DNA of 64,000 bases from Alphaproteobacteria bacterium UBA2784 (lineage in GTDB: Bacteria; Pseudomonadota; Alphaproteobacteria; Micropepsales; Micropepsaceae), in NCBI GenBank assembly GCA_002352285.1, contig DEIC01000011.1, positions 480-64,479 of the forward strand, read 5' to 3'. Position 1 is the stretch's first letter, and each line of letters starts with the position of its first letter. Of this stretch, positions 8,112 through 16,019 are shown piece after piece. Below the pieces are notes generated by a model. The model made no database searches and was not told where the DNA came from. It saw nothing but the letters and a program-made list of their open reading frames with translations. Made by a program: the position numbers and the translations under genes.

Positions 8112-9695
8112 TCAATTCACCTGCCGGTCGCGGCCCTGCCAGTAAGGCGCGCGCAATTCGCGTTTGAGGATTTTGCCGCTGGGATTGCGGGGCAGGGCTG
8201 AAACGAAATCAACACTGCGCGGGCATTTGAAACCGGCAATGCGCGTGCGGGCAAAGCCCATGATGTCGTCGGCGGACGCGGTTGCTCCCGGCTTGAGCAC
8301 CACAATGGCTTTTACCGTCTCGCCCCATTTGTCGTCGGGCACGCCGATGACAGCAACATCGGCAATCGCGGGATGGCCGAAGATCGCGCTCTCAACCTCG
8401 GCGGGATAGATATTCTCGCCGCCAGAGACGATCATGTCTTTCACGCGGTCATGCACATAGACATAGCCGTCTTTGTCCATGTACCCGGCATCACCCGAAC
8501 GGAACCAGCCATCATCCGTGAAGCTTTTGCGCGTCGCATCAGGCAGTTTCCAATAACCCGGCATCACGCCATGGCCATGGACGCAGATTTCGCCCACCTC
8601 GCCGCGCGGCAGCTCCACACCATCGGCGCCCGCGATCTTGATCTTGACACCGGGCAGCGGCTTTCCGGCGGAACGCATGCGAGCATTGCCGTTGGGATCG
8701 TGATCTTCGGGCGGCAAATAGGTGACGGATCCCGTCGTCTCGGTCAGCCCATAGACCTGCACAAAGCCGCATTTGAAAACGTCCATCGCGCGACGCAGCA
8801 GATCTAGCGGAATGGGCGATGCACCATAGAGAATGCATATGAGTGACGAAAAATCGGTTTGTGCGCAGGCAGGATCATCCATCACGAACTTCATCGCCGC
8901 AGGCACAATGAAGAAGTGACCGACGCGGTAATCCTGGATTGCCTTCAGAACGCCCGGCGGCGTGAACTCGGCCAGCACGATGTTCTTGGCGCCGCTGTAG
9001 AGGCCCGAAGCCCCCCAGCCCGACCCGCCAATGTGGAACACCGGCATGGCGACAAGGCTGGGATCACCCGGATTGAGCTGCATGAACGCAGTTTCGTCCG
9101 TGTTGGCGGAAGCCGCGCGCCCTGCCAGAAAATTGTGATTGCTCAGCATCACGCCTTTGGGATGGCCCGTCGTGCCGCTTGTGTACATCTGCACGAACAC
9201 GTCGTCGGGTGATGCAGGCAGATGCGGATCGATCGCGCTCTGGCTGTCGCGGAAAATCTCATAGGCCTCAAAGCCGGGATGCCCGCCCTGCATGGCGATG
9301 ATGTGGCGCACGCACGGGATGTCGGCCTTGAGTTTCTCCGCCAGCGCATAGAATGGCGCACCCACAAACAGCACTTCGGCGCCCGCATCATTGATGATGT
9401 AGGCAAGCTCCGGCGCTGCCAGCCGCCAGTTGAGCGCCACGGTCACCACATTGGCCTTGGCGGCCCCGAACAGGATCTCAAAATAGTGGTCCGAGTTCTT
9501 GTCGAGAAACGCAATGCGCGCGCCCGGCTTGACGCCCAGCGCCGCAAGACCGTTGGCAACCATGGAGGTATGCCGGTCAAACGATGCATAGGTCGTCACC
9601 CTGTCATCCATGATGAGCGCCGTTTCACCAGGTCGGTGGCGCGCATGGAAACGGGGTGCATCCGCCATCACCTTGATCTCGGAAAAATAGGCCAT
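8112..9695 (-). CDS. AMP-dependent acyl-CoA synthetase/ligase (long-chain fatty acid-CoA ligase-like)
   Basis: 527 aa; AMP-binding motif MYTSGTTGHPKGV and C-terminal SGKILKREL. Confidence 0.85.
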   Translation of the reverse strand: MAYFSEIKVMADAPRFHARHRPGETALIMDDRVTTYASFDRHTSMVANGLAALGVKPGARIAFLDKNSDHYFEILFGAAKANVVTVALNWRLAAPELAYIINDAGAEVLFVGAPFYALAEKLKADIPCVRHIIAMQGGHPGFEAYEIFRDSQSAIDPHLPASPDDVFVQMYTSGTTGHPKGVMLSNHNFLAGRAASANTDETAFMQLNPGDPSLVAMPVFHIGGSGWGASGLYSGAKNIVLAEFTPPGVLKAIQDYRVGHFFIVPAAMKFVMDDPACAQTDFSSLICILYGASPIPLDLLRRAMDVFKCGFVQVYGLTETTGSVTYLPPEDHDPNGNARMRSAGKPLPGVKIKIAGADGVELPRGEVGEICVHGHGVMPGYWKLPDATRKSFTDDGWFRSGDAGYMDKDGYVYVHDRVKDMIVSGGENIYPAEVESAIFGHPAIADVAVIGVPDDKWGETVKAIVVLKPGATASADDIMGFARTRIAGFKCPRSVDFVSALPRNPSGKILKRELRAPYWQGRDRQVN

Positions 9696-9722
9696 CGTCG
9701 CAGCTGCGCTCCGTGTTCAAGT

Positions 9723-10316
9723 TCACCGCGTGGTCGGGCGGCACATCTGCCGGCACTGCATCACGCGTTGCCCGGCCGCACGAAAGCAGGCCGCAAGCGC
9801 GGCGGGGTCTTCCCCCTCGGCGCGCGCAGCTTCGATGCCGCCGCAGGTGTGATATTCAAGGCGCTCATAAACCGGGCAGTCTTCGCACGCTGTCGGCTCC
9901 GCACCGATGGGCCGTCCGTCCAGCTGCCCGCCCGCCGCATCCTCTTTGATGCCTGACGGCGATGCATAGCGATAGGCAATCCCCTTTTCATTGACCGTCA
10001 GCGTGACTTTGCCGCCGTCAATGCAGCTTTCCTGGCCATAGGTCAGGCGCTCGAGATAGACGGCCGTGCCCGGCACATCCTCGTTTTGATAGACGAGTTC
10101 GCCGCCGCAGCCATAAGTCTGATAGTCGATGAGCGACGTGCCGCCATCGGTAATCACGATGGCAACGCGAAAGGGCTGATCGCTGCCGCGCGGGACATCG
10201 TATCTGGCTTCGCCAACCCACACACCGGTAAAGGGATTATCCCATGCCTGGGCCACGCCGGTTGCCATCAGCGCCACCGCAAACCCCGCAATCAGCAATT
10301 TGTGAACCAGCCGCAT
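9723..10316 (-). CDS. secreted hypothetical protein, Cys-rich C-terminus
   Basis: Signal peptide MRLVHKLLIAGFAVALMATGVAQA. The upstream 45 codons of the called ORF lack coding character. No recognisable domain. Confidence 0.55.
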   Translation of the reverse strand: MRLVHKLLIAGFAVALMATGVAQAWDNPFTGVWVGEARYDVPRGSDQPFRVAIVITDGGTSLIDYQTYGCGGELVYQNEDVPGTAVYLERLTYGQESCIDGGKVTLTVNEKGIAYRYASPSGIKEDAAGGQLDGRPIGAEPTACEDCPVYERLEYHTCGGIEAARAEGEDPAALAACFRAAGQRVMQCRQMCRPTTR

Positions 10317-10444
10317 CAATACCCCCCAGGAATGTGATGTGCGCCAGCAAAGCAAATCGCGGCAAAGGTTGAAAGCCCGTTGGCGAATGGCTTGCGCCAC
10401 GCAATACTGGCCGCACGAAAGGAGCCGGACCCCCGGCAACAAAC

Positions 10445-10939
10445 ATGTCACGACAGTTCATCGCCGCCATCATCCTTGCCGTAATGGCAGAAAGCACCGC
10501 CATGGCCAAACCCGACGAGGTGGGTGAAGCCGCCACCGGCTGCGCCCAGACGATGGAGTCCGTAGCCTTTCTGACCGGCCACTGGAAAAGCGAGAACCCG
10601 GTCAATGAGGAAGTCTGGCTTGCGCCTGCCAATGGCCTGATGCTGGGCATGGCGCGTTCGCTTTCGGCCAATGGTGCATCATTCGAGTATCTGCGGATTG
10701 AGGCGCGCGATGGCGCCATCGTCTATGTCGCTCAGCCGGGCCGCGCAGTTTCACCGACTGACTTTCCGATGACCGATTGCGGCCCCGGTTTCGCAACCTT
10801 TGAGAATCCCGATCACGATTTTCCCCAACGCCTGCATTATGAAATGCGTGGCGTCGGCATTCTGACGGCAACCGTCGAGGGGCGTGATGGCCACGGCGTG
10901 ATGTCGGGTTTCACCCTTATCTGGACGCGCGTGGAGTGA
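10445..10939 (+). CDS. secreted DUF6265-like protein
   Basis: Signal peptide, HWKSEN...EYLRIE...FENPDHDFPQRLHY pattern recalled from the DUF6265 family. Confidence 0.55.
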   Translation: MSRQFIAAIILAVMAESTAMAKPDEVGEAATGCAQTMESVAFLTGHWKSENPVNEEVWLAPANGLMLGMARSLSANGASFEYLRIEARDGAIVYVAQPGRAVSPTDFPMTDCGPGFATFENPDHDFPQRLHYEMRGVGILTATVEGRDGHGVMSGFTLIWTRVE

Positions 10940-11004
10940 AAATGCCGTGATTTGGCCGTATTCGCCCCGCAACCAGATCGCTGCAAATGGAGAAGGAGCC
11001 AGCC

Positions 11005-11289
11005 ATGAGTGACGTTTCCCCGCGCCGGATCAAGGATACTGTCTTCTCGCTTTTGATGGCGTCGTTTGTTGTCGGCATCCTGCTCTGGGTCTTCGGCATT
11101 GATCCGATGGATCTGTGGAGCGATCTGGGCGGCACGGTAGAGCGCATCTGGCACGCTGCGGCCGACATCGCCGAATGGGCAGGCCGTTACATTCTGCTTG
11201 GCGCCGTGATCGTTGTGCCGCTGTGGGCCGTCTGGATGCTGATCGGCCTCGCCACACGCTCTGGCAAGAAAACCGGCGCAGGCGAATAG
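11005..11289 (+). CDS. small membrane protein, hypothetical
   Basis: Two hydrophobic helices. The ATG at 11005 is preceded by GGAGAAGGAG. Confidence 0.5.
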   Translation: MSDVSPRRIKDTVFSLLMASFVVGILLWVFGIDPMDLWSDLGGTVERIWHAAADIAEWAGRYILLGAVIVVPLWAVWMLIGLATRSGKKTGAGE

Positions 11290-11291
11290 GC

Positions 11292-11987
11292 TTACGGGAA
11301 GAGGTCGGGCACCGGGATCGGCACCCACTCAGGGATGCCCAGCCGCTCGCGCAGCTCGTCAATGCCGCGTTCCACGGCTTCATCCGCCGAGGTGTGCACG
11401 AAGTCGCGCACGCCGCCGATAAAGATGCCCGCTGCATCCGTCAGGATCGACTGACCCTCAAGCACTTCCAGAATCTCTCCGGTCATGCGCGACGCAAGCG
11501 TGACCCTGCCATCAAGCGTTGACAGCTCCGTTGAGCCGTCATCGGCAATATCCACCTTCACCGTCGTGCCGCGCACGCCGATGGTGACCGTCGGCGTTTC
11601 GATGACGACGTTCTGCTCGTCAATCAGGCCTGACGCCCAGCGGAAGGCGCCCTTGGTGAGTTCGATGGTGCAATTGTCGTCCGTTGGTCCGTCATAGACG
11701 AAGGCGTCGATCAGCGTTTCTGAATTTGCGCCCAGAACCAGATCGCTCTTGTCGCGGAACTCCACCCGCAGTGCGCTTTCCGCACCTGTCGTCAGAAGGT
11801 CGCCCATGGCCACATCATCGCCGGGTTCCAGCGCGCGCTTGTCGTCGTCAAGCGTTGCATGAACCTTGCCGATGGCGGTGGTGATCGTGCCTGCCGCCTC
11901 GACGGCGCGGGCGCGCGGCGCCCCCAATGCGAAAAGACTGACGCCGGCAAGAAGTGTTGAAAAGAGCGAGCGGCGCGAAAGGCGCAT
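11292..11987 (-). CDS. FecR domain-containing secreted protein
   Basis: Tat/Sec-like leader MRLSRRSLFSTLLAGVSLFALGAPRARA. FecR-type beta-sandwich pattern (GDLLTTGAESALRVEF...GAFRW...TPTVTIGVRGT). Confidence 0.65.
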   Translation of the reverse strand: MRLSRRSLFSTLLAGVSLFALGAPRARAVEAAGTITTAIGKVHATLDDDKRALEPGDDVAMGDLLTTGAESALRVEFRDKSDLVLGANSETLIDAFVYDGPTDDNCTIELTKGAFRWASGLIDEQNVVIETPTVTIGVRGTTVKVDIADDGSTELSTLDGRVTLASRMTGEILEVLEGQSILTDAAGIFIGGVRDFVHTSADEAVERGIDELRERLGIPEWVPIPVPDLFP

Positions 11988-12128
11988 GGCGTAAACCCCG
12001 AAAAACGCGTTCATGCACGTCAACCCACACCAGAAGCAGGAAGGCGGTCAAGGCCGGATCATCACCCGGGTGTGGATTTGATGAGCGCTCAGGTGGCGTT
12101 CATCCTGGCGCACTGAATGGTTAAGTGC

Positions 12129-13532
12129 TCAAAGCGACGACAGAAACGCAACCAGTGCCGCCCGCGTGTCGGCATCGGCATTGCGGAACGCTTCACGCGC
12201 AGCTTCGGCCTCGCCGCCATGCCACAGGATGGCTTCGGCAAAGCCGCGTGCGCGGCCGTCATGCAGCAGGAATTCATGGCCGTTCGTTTCCTTGAGGAGG
12301 CCAAGCCCCCACAAAGGCGGCGTGCGCCATTCGCTGCCCGAGGCTTCAAAGTCCGGGCGGTTATCGGCCAGCTCCGGCCCCATGTCGTGCAGCAGAAGGT
12401 CCGTGAACGGATAAAATGTCTGATTGGCAAGTTCGGGCACGTCAGCCGCCCCCGTCTCAAGCACTGGGACGTGACAGGCATTGCAGCCAAAATCGCGGAA
12501 GGCGGCTTGCCCTGCCATGACCATCGGGTCATCACTGTTGCGCTGACGCGGCACCGCAAGTGTGCGGGAATAAAAGACCATGCGCTCAAGAAACTGGGCT
12601 GAAAGTTCAGGTCCGTCTTCCTGCGGTTGCGACCACGAAGCTGCACATTCGGGCTGTACCACAGTGCAATTCTGCAATGGATGCACCGGGGACGTAAGAC
12701 CAATATCGCCCAATGCCGCGCCAGCCGATTGATCGGTCAGATTGGCCACATTGGCCTTCCAGCCAAAGCGCCCGACGCGCATGCCACCCGCGCTGGGCGA
12801 CATCACGTGATTGATGCGGCCTGAAATGCCATCGCCGTCGGCATCATCAGGGTCAGCCAGCGCCACCAGCAGTTCATCAGGCACCGCCTCAAGCAGCCCC
12901 AGCCCGATCATGTGTGGCGCAACCCGCGGCGAAAAGAGCGCATCATCAAGCGGCCCATAGGCAAGATCAGCAAATTCATAGCGCGGCCGCCGCAGTGAAT
13001 AGGGCGTGCCATCGCCATAGGCGCCCGGTACTTCTTCATAGGTGATGATCGCGCGGCCCTCGGGTGCAACGCCGGTAATGGCGCGGTCATTCAATTGCCC
13101 GCCATAGGCGGGATGGGGCAGGGGGCCGCCATCATCCGCCACGCCCGGAATGGAAAGGCGCACCAGCATGGAATCCATGGGCGCGCCGGCTTCCGCAGGC
13201 GGCTGGCCGCGTCCGTCGCGCAAATGACAGCCCGAACACGACACGCGGTTGAAGAGCGGCCCCAGCCCGTCAAATTTGGTGACAGAAGCAGGCGCCGTCA
13301 CCCAGTTCGTGTTGAACAGGCGGTTGCCAAACTGGAACGGCCGCACATAACCCTCGCCCGCATTGGCAATCAGGAACGTGAAGGCATTCGGCCCTTCGGC
13401 AATGCGCGTGGTGGCGCCACCCAGTTCGGCGCTGATGGCGCCCATAACATGGCGCGTGCGCACCGCTACATCGTCAGCTGCGGCGATGCCCGCAGCAATC
13501 ACGCCGATGAGAAGGGCAAGCACACGCCACAT
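12129..13532 (-). CDS. di-heme oxidoreductase (DUF1111 / putative peroxidase) of imelysin-type iron clusters
   Basis: 467 aa, signal peptide, two CxxCH motifs (CSGCH, CNACH). Confidence 0.8.
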   Translation of the reverse strand: MWRVLALLIGVIAAGIAAADDVAVRTRHVMGAISAELGGATTRIAEGPNAFTFLIANAGEGYVRPFQFGNRLFNTNWVTAPASVTKFDGLGPLFNRVSCSGCHLRDGRGQPPAEAGAPMDSMLVRLSIPGVADDGGPLPHPAYGGQLNDRAITGVAPEGRAIITYEEVPGAYGDGTPYSLRRPRYEFADLAYGPLDDALFSPRVAPHMIGLGLLEAVPDELLVALADPDDADGDGISGRINHVMSPSAGGMRVGRFGWKANVANLTDQSAGAALGDIGLTSPVHPLQNCTVVQPECAASWSQPQEDGPELSAQFLERMVFYSRTLAVPRQRNSDDPMVMAGQAAFRDFGCNACHVPVLETGAADVPELANQTFYPFTDLLLHDMGPELADNRPDFEASGSEWRTPPLWGLGLLKETNGHEFLLHDGRARGFAEAILWHGGEAEAAREAFRNADADTRAALVAFLSSL

Positions 13533-13538
13533 GATGGC

Positions 13539-14831
13539 TCAAAGCCCCTCCACCTGCACGATGACGCCCAGAACCGGACTTGTGTCCTTCAGCGCCTTGG
13601 CAAGGGCGATCAGCGCACTGACGGCCGCCTCAGCCTCGGCGCGTGCCGGCGAACCCGGCGCCTGCGCCAGAACCTGGTCCCATGGCTCGTCCAGATCGGC
13701 GATGCGCGCCTTGGCGTCGGCGAAAAGACCATTGATGCGATCAGCGAGCGCTGCATCACCTCCGCGCACCAGCGCCTCAAGCCCCGTGCCACTCACACCC
13801 GGATAGGTGCCGCGCCACACATTCTCGATGCCCTGCAGGTCATGGACGAAGTCCTGCTTCGTCGTATCCGAGAAACATGAGTGCTCGTCTTCCTGATCGC
13901 CCGATTCAAGCGCAACGGCAAGGCGTTCGGAGGCGGTCTCAAACCCCGCTAGCACCGCCATGCCATTGACGATGCGGCCCACCGCCTCGCGCGGCGGCAG
14001 CGCGCGGAATTCTTCCGCATGATTGCCGCTGGCCGCTGGATCCCACGCTGCCACAAGGCCCGTCAGATCATCAATCAGCAGCTTCGTCACCAGCGCCAGA
14101 TAGGCGCGGCGGCGGTCATTCGCTGATGTGCCAGCGGTATAGTCCGTAAACGGACGATTGCCCGGGCCTGTCGCTGAAAAGTCCTGCCCCCACAGCAGAA
14201 ACTCGATGGCGTGCCAGCCGGTCGAAACATCAGCCTCGTCGCTGGTCTGGTTGCGGTTGCGCAGCGTGTCTTCATCTATCGTGGCGGATGCATCATGGAT
14301 GATGCCGCCCTGTGGCGCGCCTTCGGTTGCGTCGATGAAACCTTCGTTCAGCGGCCAGGCATTGATGAAGCCTTCAACCTCTTCAATCGGGCCATCGTAA
14401 AAGCGGAATGTCTCGGTGACGAGATAGGCAGGCCGCGCCGCAACCCACGCTGCACGCGCCGCAGCGAGCGTGTCATCGCCGGGCGCTGCAAGGAATGCGT
14501 CAATCGCAGTCTGCATCTTTTGCGCGTCGGCCAGCGCAGCCTGATAGCTGGCGTAAACACCGGTCACATAGGTTTCGATCACCGCGCTGGCATCATAGGC
14601 AAAGGCATTGGGATCGGTGGAGTTGAGGGCATAGCTTGAAAGCCCGTCGCCACCCTCACCCCCTTCGCCGCCTTCACCACCCTCTCCACCTTCGCCCTCA
14701 GTGGCAAAGGCATGGGGCGCGGTAAAGGGGGCGCCGGAGCCCGCGGGAAGAACGCTGTGCATCGCCTGCACCAGCACAAGGGTTCCAGCGCCCAGAAGCA
14801 GTTTTGAAGAAAGGGATGATTTCTCGGCCAT
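13539..14831 (-). CDS. imelysin family protein (IrpA/ICMP-like, peptidase M75 fold)
   Basis: 430 aa, signal peptide. It sits immediately upstream of the di-heme gene as in known imelysin clusters. WHAIEFLLWGQD block. (GGE)n linker after the leader. Confidence 0.7.
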   Translation of the reverse strand: MAEKSSLSSKLLLGAGTLVLVQAMHSVLPAGSGAPFTAPHAFATEGEGGEGGEGGEGGEGGDGLSSYALNSTDPNAFAYDASAVIETYVTGVYASYQAALADAQKMQTAIDAFLAAPGDDTLAAARAAWVAARPAYLVTETFRFYDGPIEEVEGFINAWPLNEGFIDATEGAPQGGIIHDASATIDEDTLRNRNQTSDEADVSTGWHAIEFLLWGQDFSATGPGNRPFTDYTAGTSANDRRRAYLALVTKLLIDDLTGLVAAWDPAASGNHAEEFRALPPREAVGRIVNGMAVLAGFETASERLAVALESGDQEDEHSCFSDTTKQDFVHDLQGIENVWRGTYPGVSGTGLEALVRGGDAALADRINGLFADAKARIADLDEPWDQVLAQAPGSPARAEAEAAVSALIALAKALKDTSPVLGVIVQVEGL

Positions 14832-14886
14832 GACAGGTCACACAGATTTGCGGTTGCGGGAGACGCACCGCCGGGGAATAGTGCTT

Positions 14887-14921
14887 TTGAGAATGACTTG
14901 CAACTTTGATCTGGATCAAAG
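14887..14921. promoter_or_regulatory. candidate operator in the divergent imelysin/piuC promoter: Fur-box-like TTGAGAATGACTTGCAA plus perfect palindrome CTTTGATC-TG-GATCAAAG
   Basis: The 18-bp palindrome at 14904-14921 has exact 8-bp arms. The adjacent 17-mer shares about 10 of 19 positions with the classic Fur box. It lies between two iron-related transcription units. Confidence 0.4.
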
Positions 14922-15031
14922 GGTAGGGCCGCTGGGGGCGGCATTCCGCCGCGCAGGTGCCCGGAAATACGCCAAAATCTGCCGGGCGCCGGTGTTCCCG
15001 GCTACCGTGCTGCAAAATTGAGAGGCGTCCC

Positions 15032-15694
15032 ATGTTCATGCTGGCTATCGAAAACCTGATCCCGCCCGAGACGCTGGACGAGATGCGGGGCCTCCTGGCC
15101 CAGTCGCAATTTGGCGACGGGCGGCGCACGGCGGGGTTCAGCGCGCGGCTGGTGAAAAACAATGCGCAGCTCAACCGCGATGATCCCCACACGCCAGAGC
15201 TGACGAAAAAGGTCGAAGCCGCACTTCAGTCGAGCCAGATGTTCAACCGCGCCGTGCGCCCGCGCCGCACCGTCGTGATGTTCAACCGCTATGAGGGCGG
15301 GCAATCCTATGGCTCGCATCTGGACGACAGTTACATGCGCGGCATGCGCACCGACGTGTCTTTCACGATTTTCCTGAATGACCCCGAAACCTATGCGGGC
15401 GGGGAATTGGTCATCGAGAAGGCGCACGGCGAGGTGCCGATCAAGCTCAAAGCCGGCAACGCCATCGTCTATCCGTCAAATACGCTCCACCGCGTCGAGC
15501 CGGTGACGCAGGGCGTGCGCCTGTGCGCGGTCGGCTGGGTGCAGAGTTTCATCCGCGACGATTCAAAACGCGAAATGCTCTTTGATCTCGACAATGCCCG
15601 CCTTGCCATGTTCGAGCAGAACGGCAAATCGCGGGAGTTTGATCTGGTCTCAAAAACCATCGCCAATCTGATCCGCCTCTGGGGCGACGGGTAG
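15032..15694 (+). CDS. piuC: Fe(II)/2-oxoglutarate-dependent PKHD-type hydroxylase (PiuC/YbiX)
   Basis: Collinear by recall with E. coli YbiX: FNRYEGGQSYGSHLD, GGELVI, LHRVEPVTQGVRL, IRDDSKREMLFDLD. Confidence 0.85.
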   Translation: MFMLAIENLIPPETLDEMRGLLAQSQFGDGRRTAGFSARLVKNNAQLNRDDPHTPELTKKVEAALQSSQMFNRAVRPRRTVVMFNRYEGGQSYGSHLDDSYMRGMRTDVSFTIFLNDPETYAGGELVIEKAHGEVPIKLKAGNAIVYPSNTLHRVEPVTQGVRLCAVGWVQSFIRDDSKREMLFDLDNARLAMFEQNGKSREFDLVSKTIANLIRLWGDG

Positions 15695-15714
15695 GCCGCG
15701 CCGTTTCCTGCTTC

Positions 15715-15870
15715 GGCCTCCCCTTTCCTAAAAGGGGAGGCGGGGTTTGTGCGAGCGCAGCGAGCACAAGCCCGGTGGGGTTGCAGGCCGCTGCACTGAA
15801 TCTGTTGATGGTGCCCCCCACCGATTTGCGCCAGAGCGCAAATCTGCCTCCCCCAAAACGGGGGAGGCGC
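15715..15870 (+). repeat. five-hairpin intergenic repeat, subfamily 1, copy A
   Basis: GCCTCCCC-loop-GGGGAGGC terminal hairpins. Central GGTGGGG...CCCCACC stem with a conserved 33-35 nt loop. Reverse-complement match to copies at 20646 and 46325. Confidence 0.85.
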
Positions 15871-16019
15871 AAGGAACGCCATAAAGAGCGTATCCGTGAT
15901 CGCTAAGTTCTCGGGGAGAGCGAAGGCGGGCTGCATGCTTTTGCCCCCCGCATTGCGCCAAACGCACTCTCAAGGCACACTGATCCCCATTGAAATCCTG
16001 TGCTTCGGGGGGATGCGTC

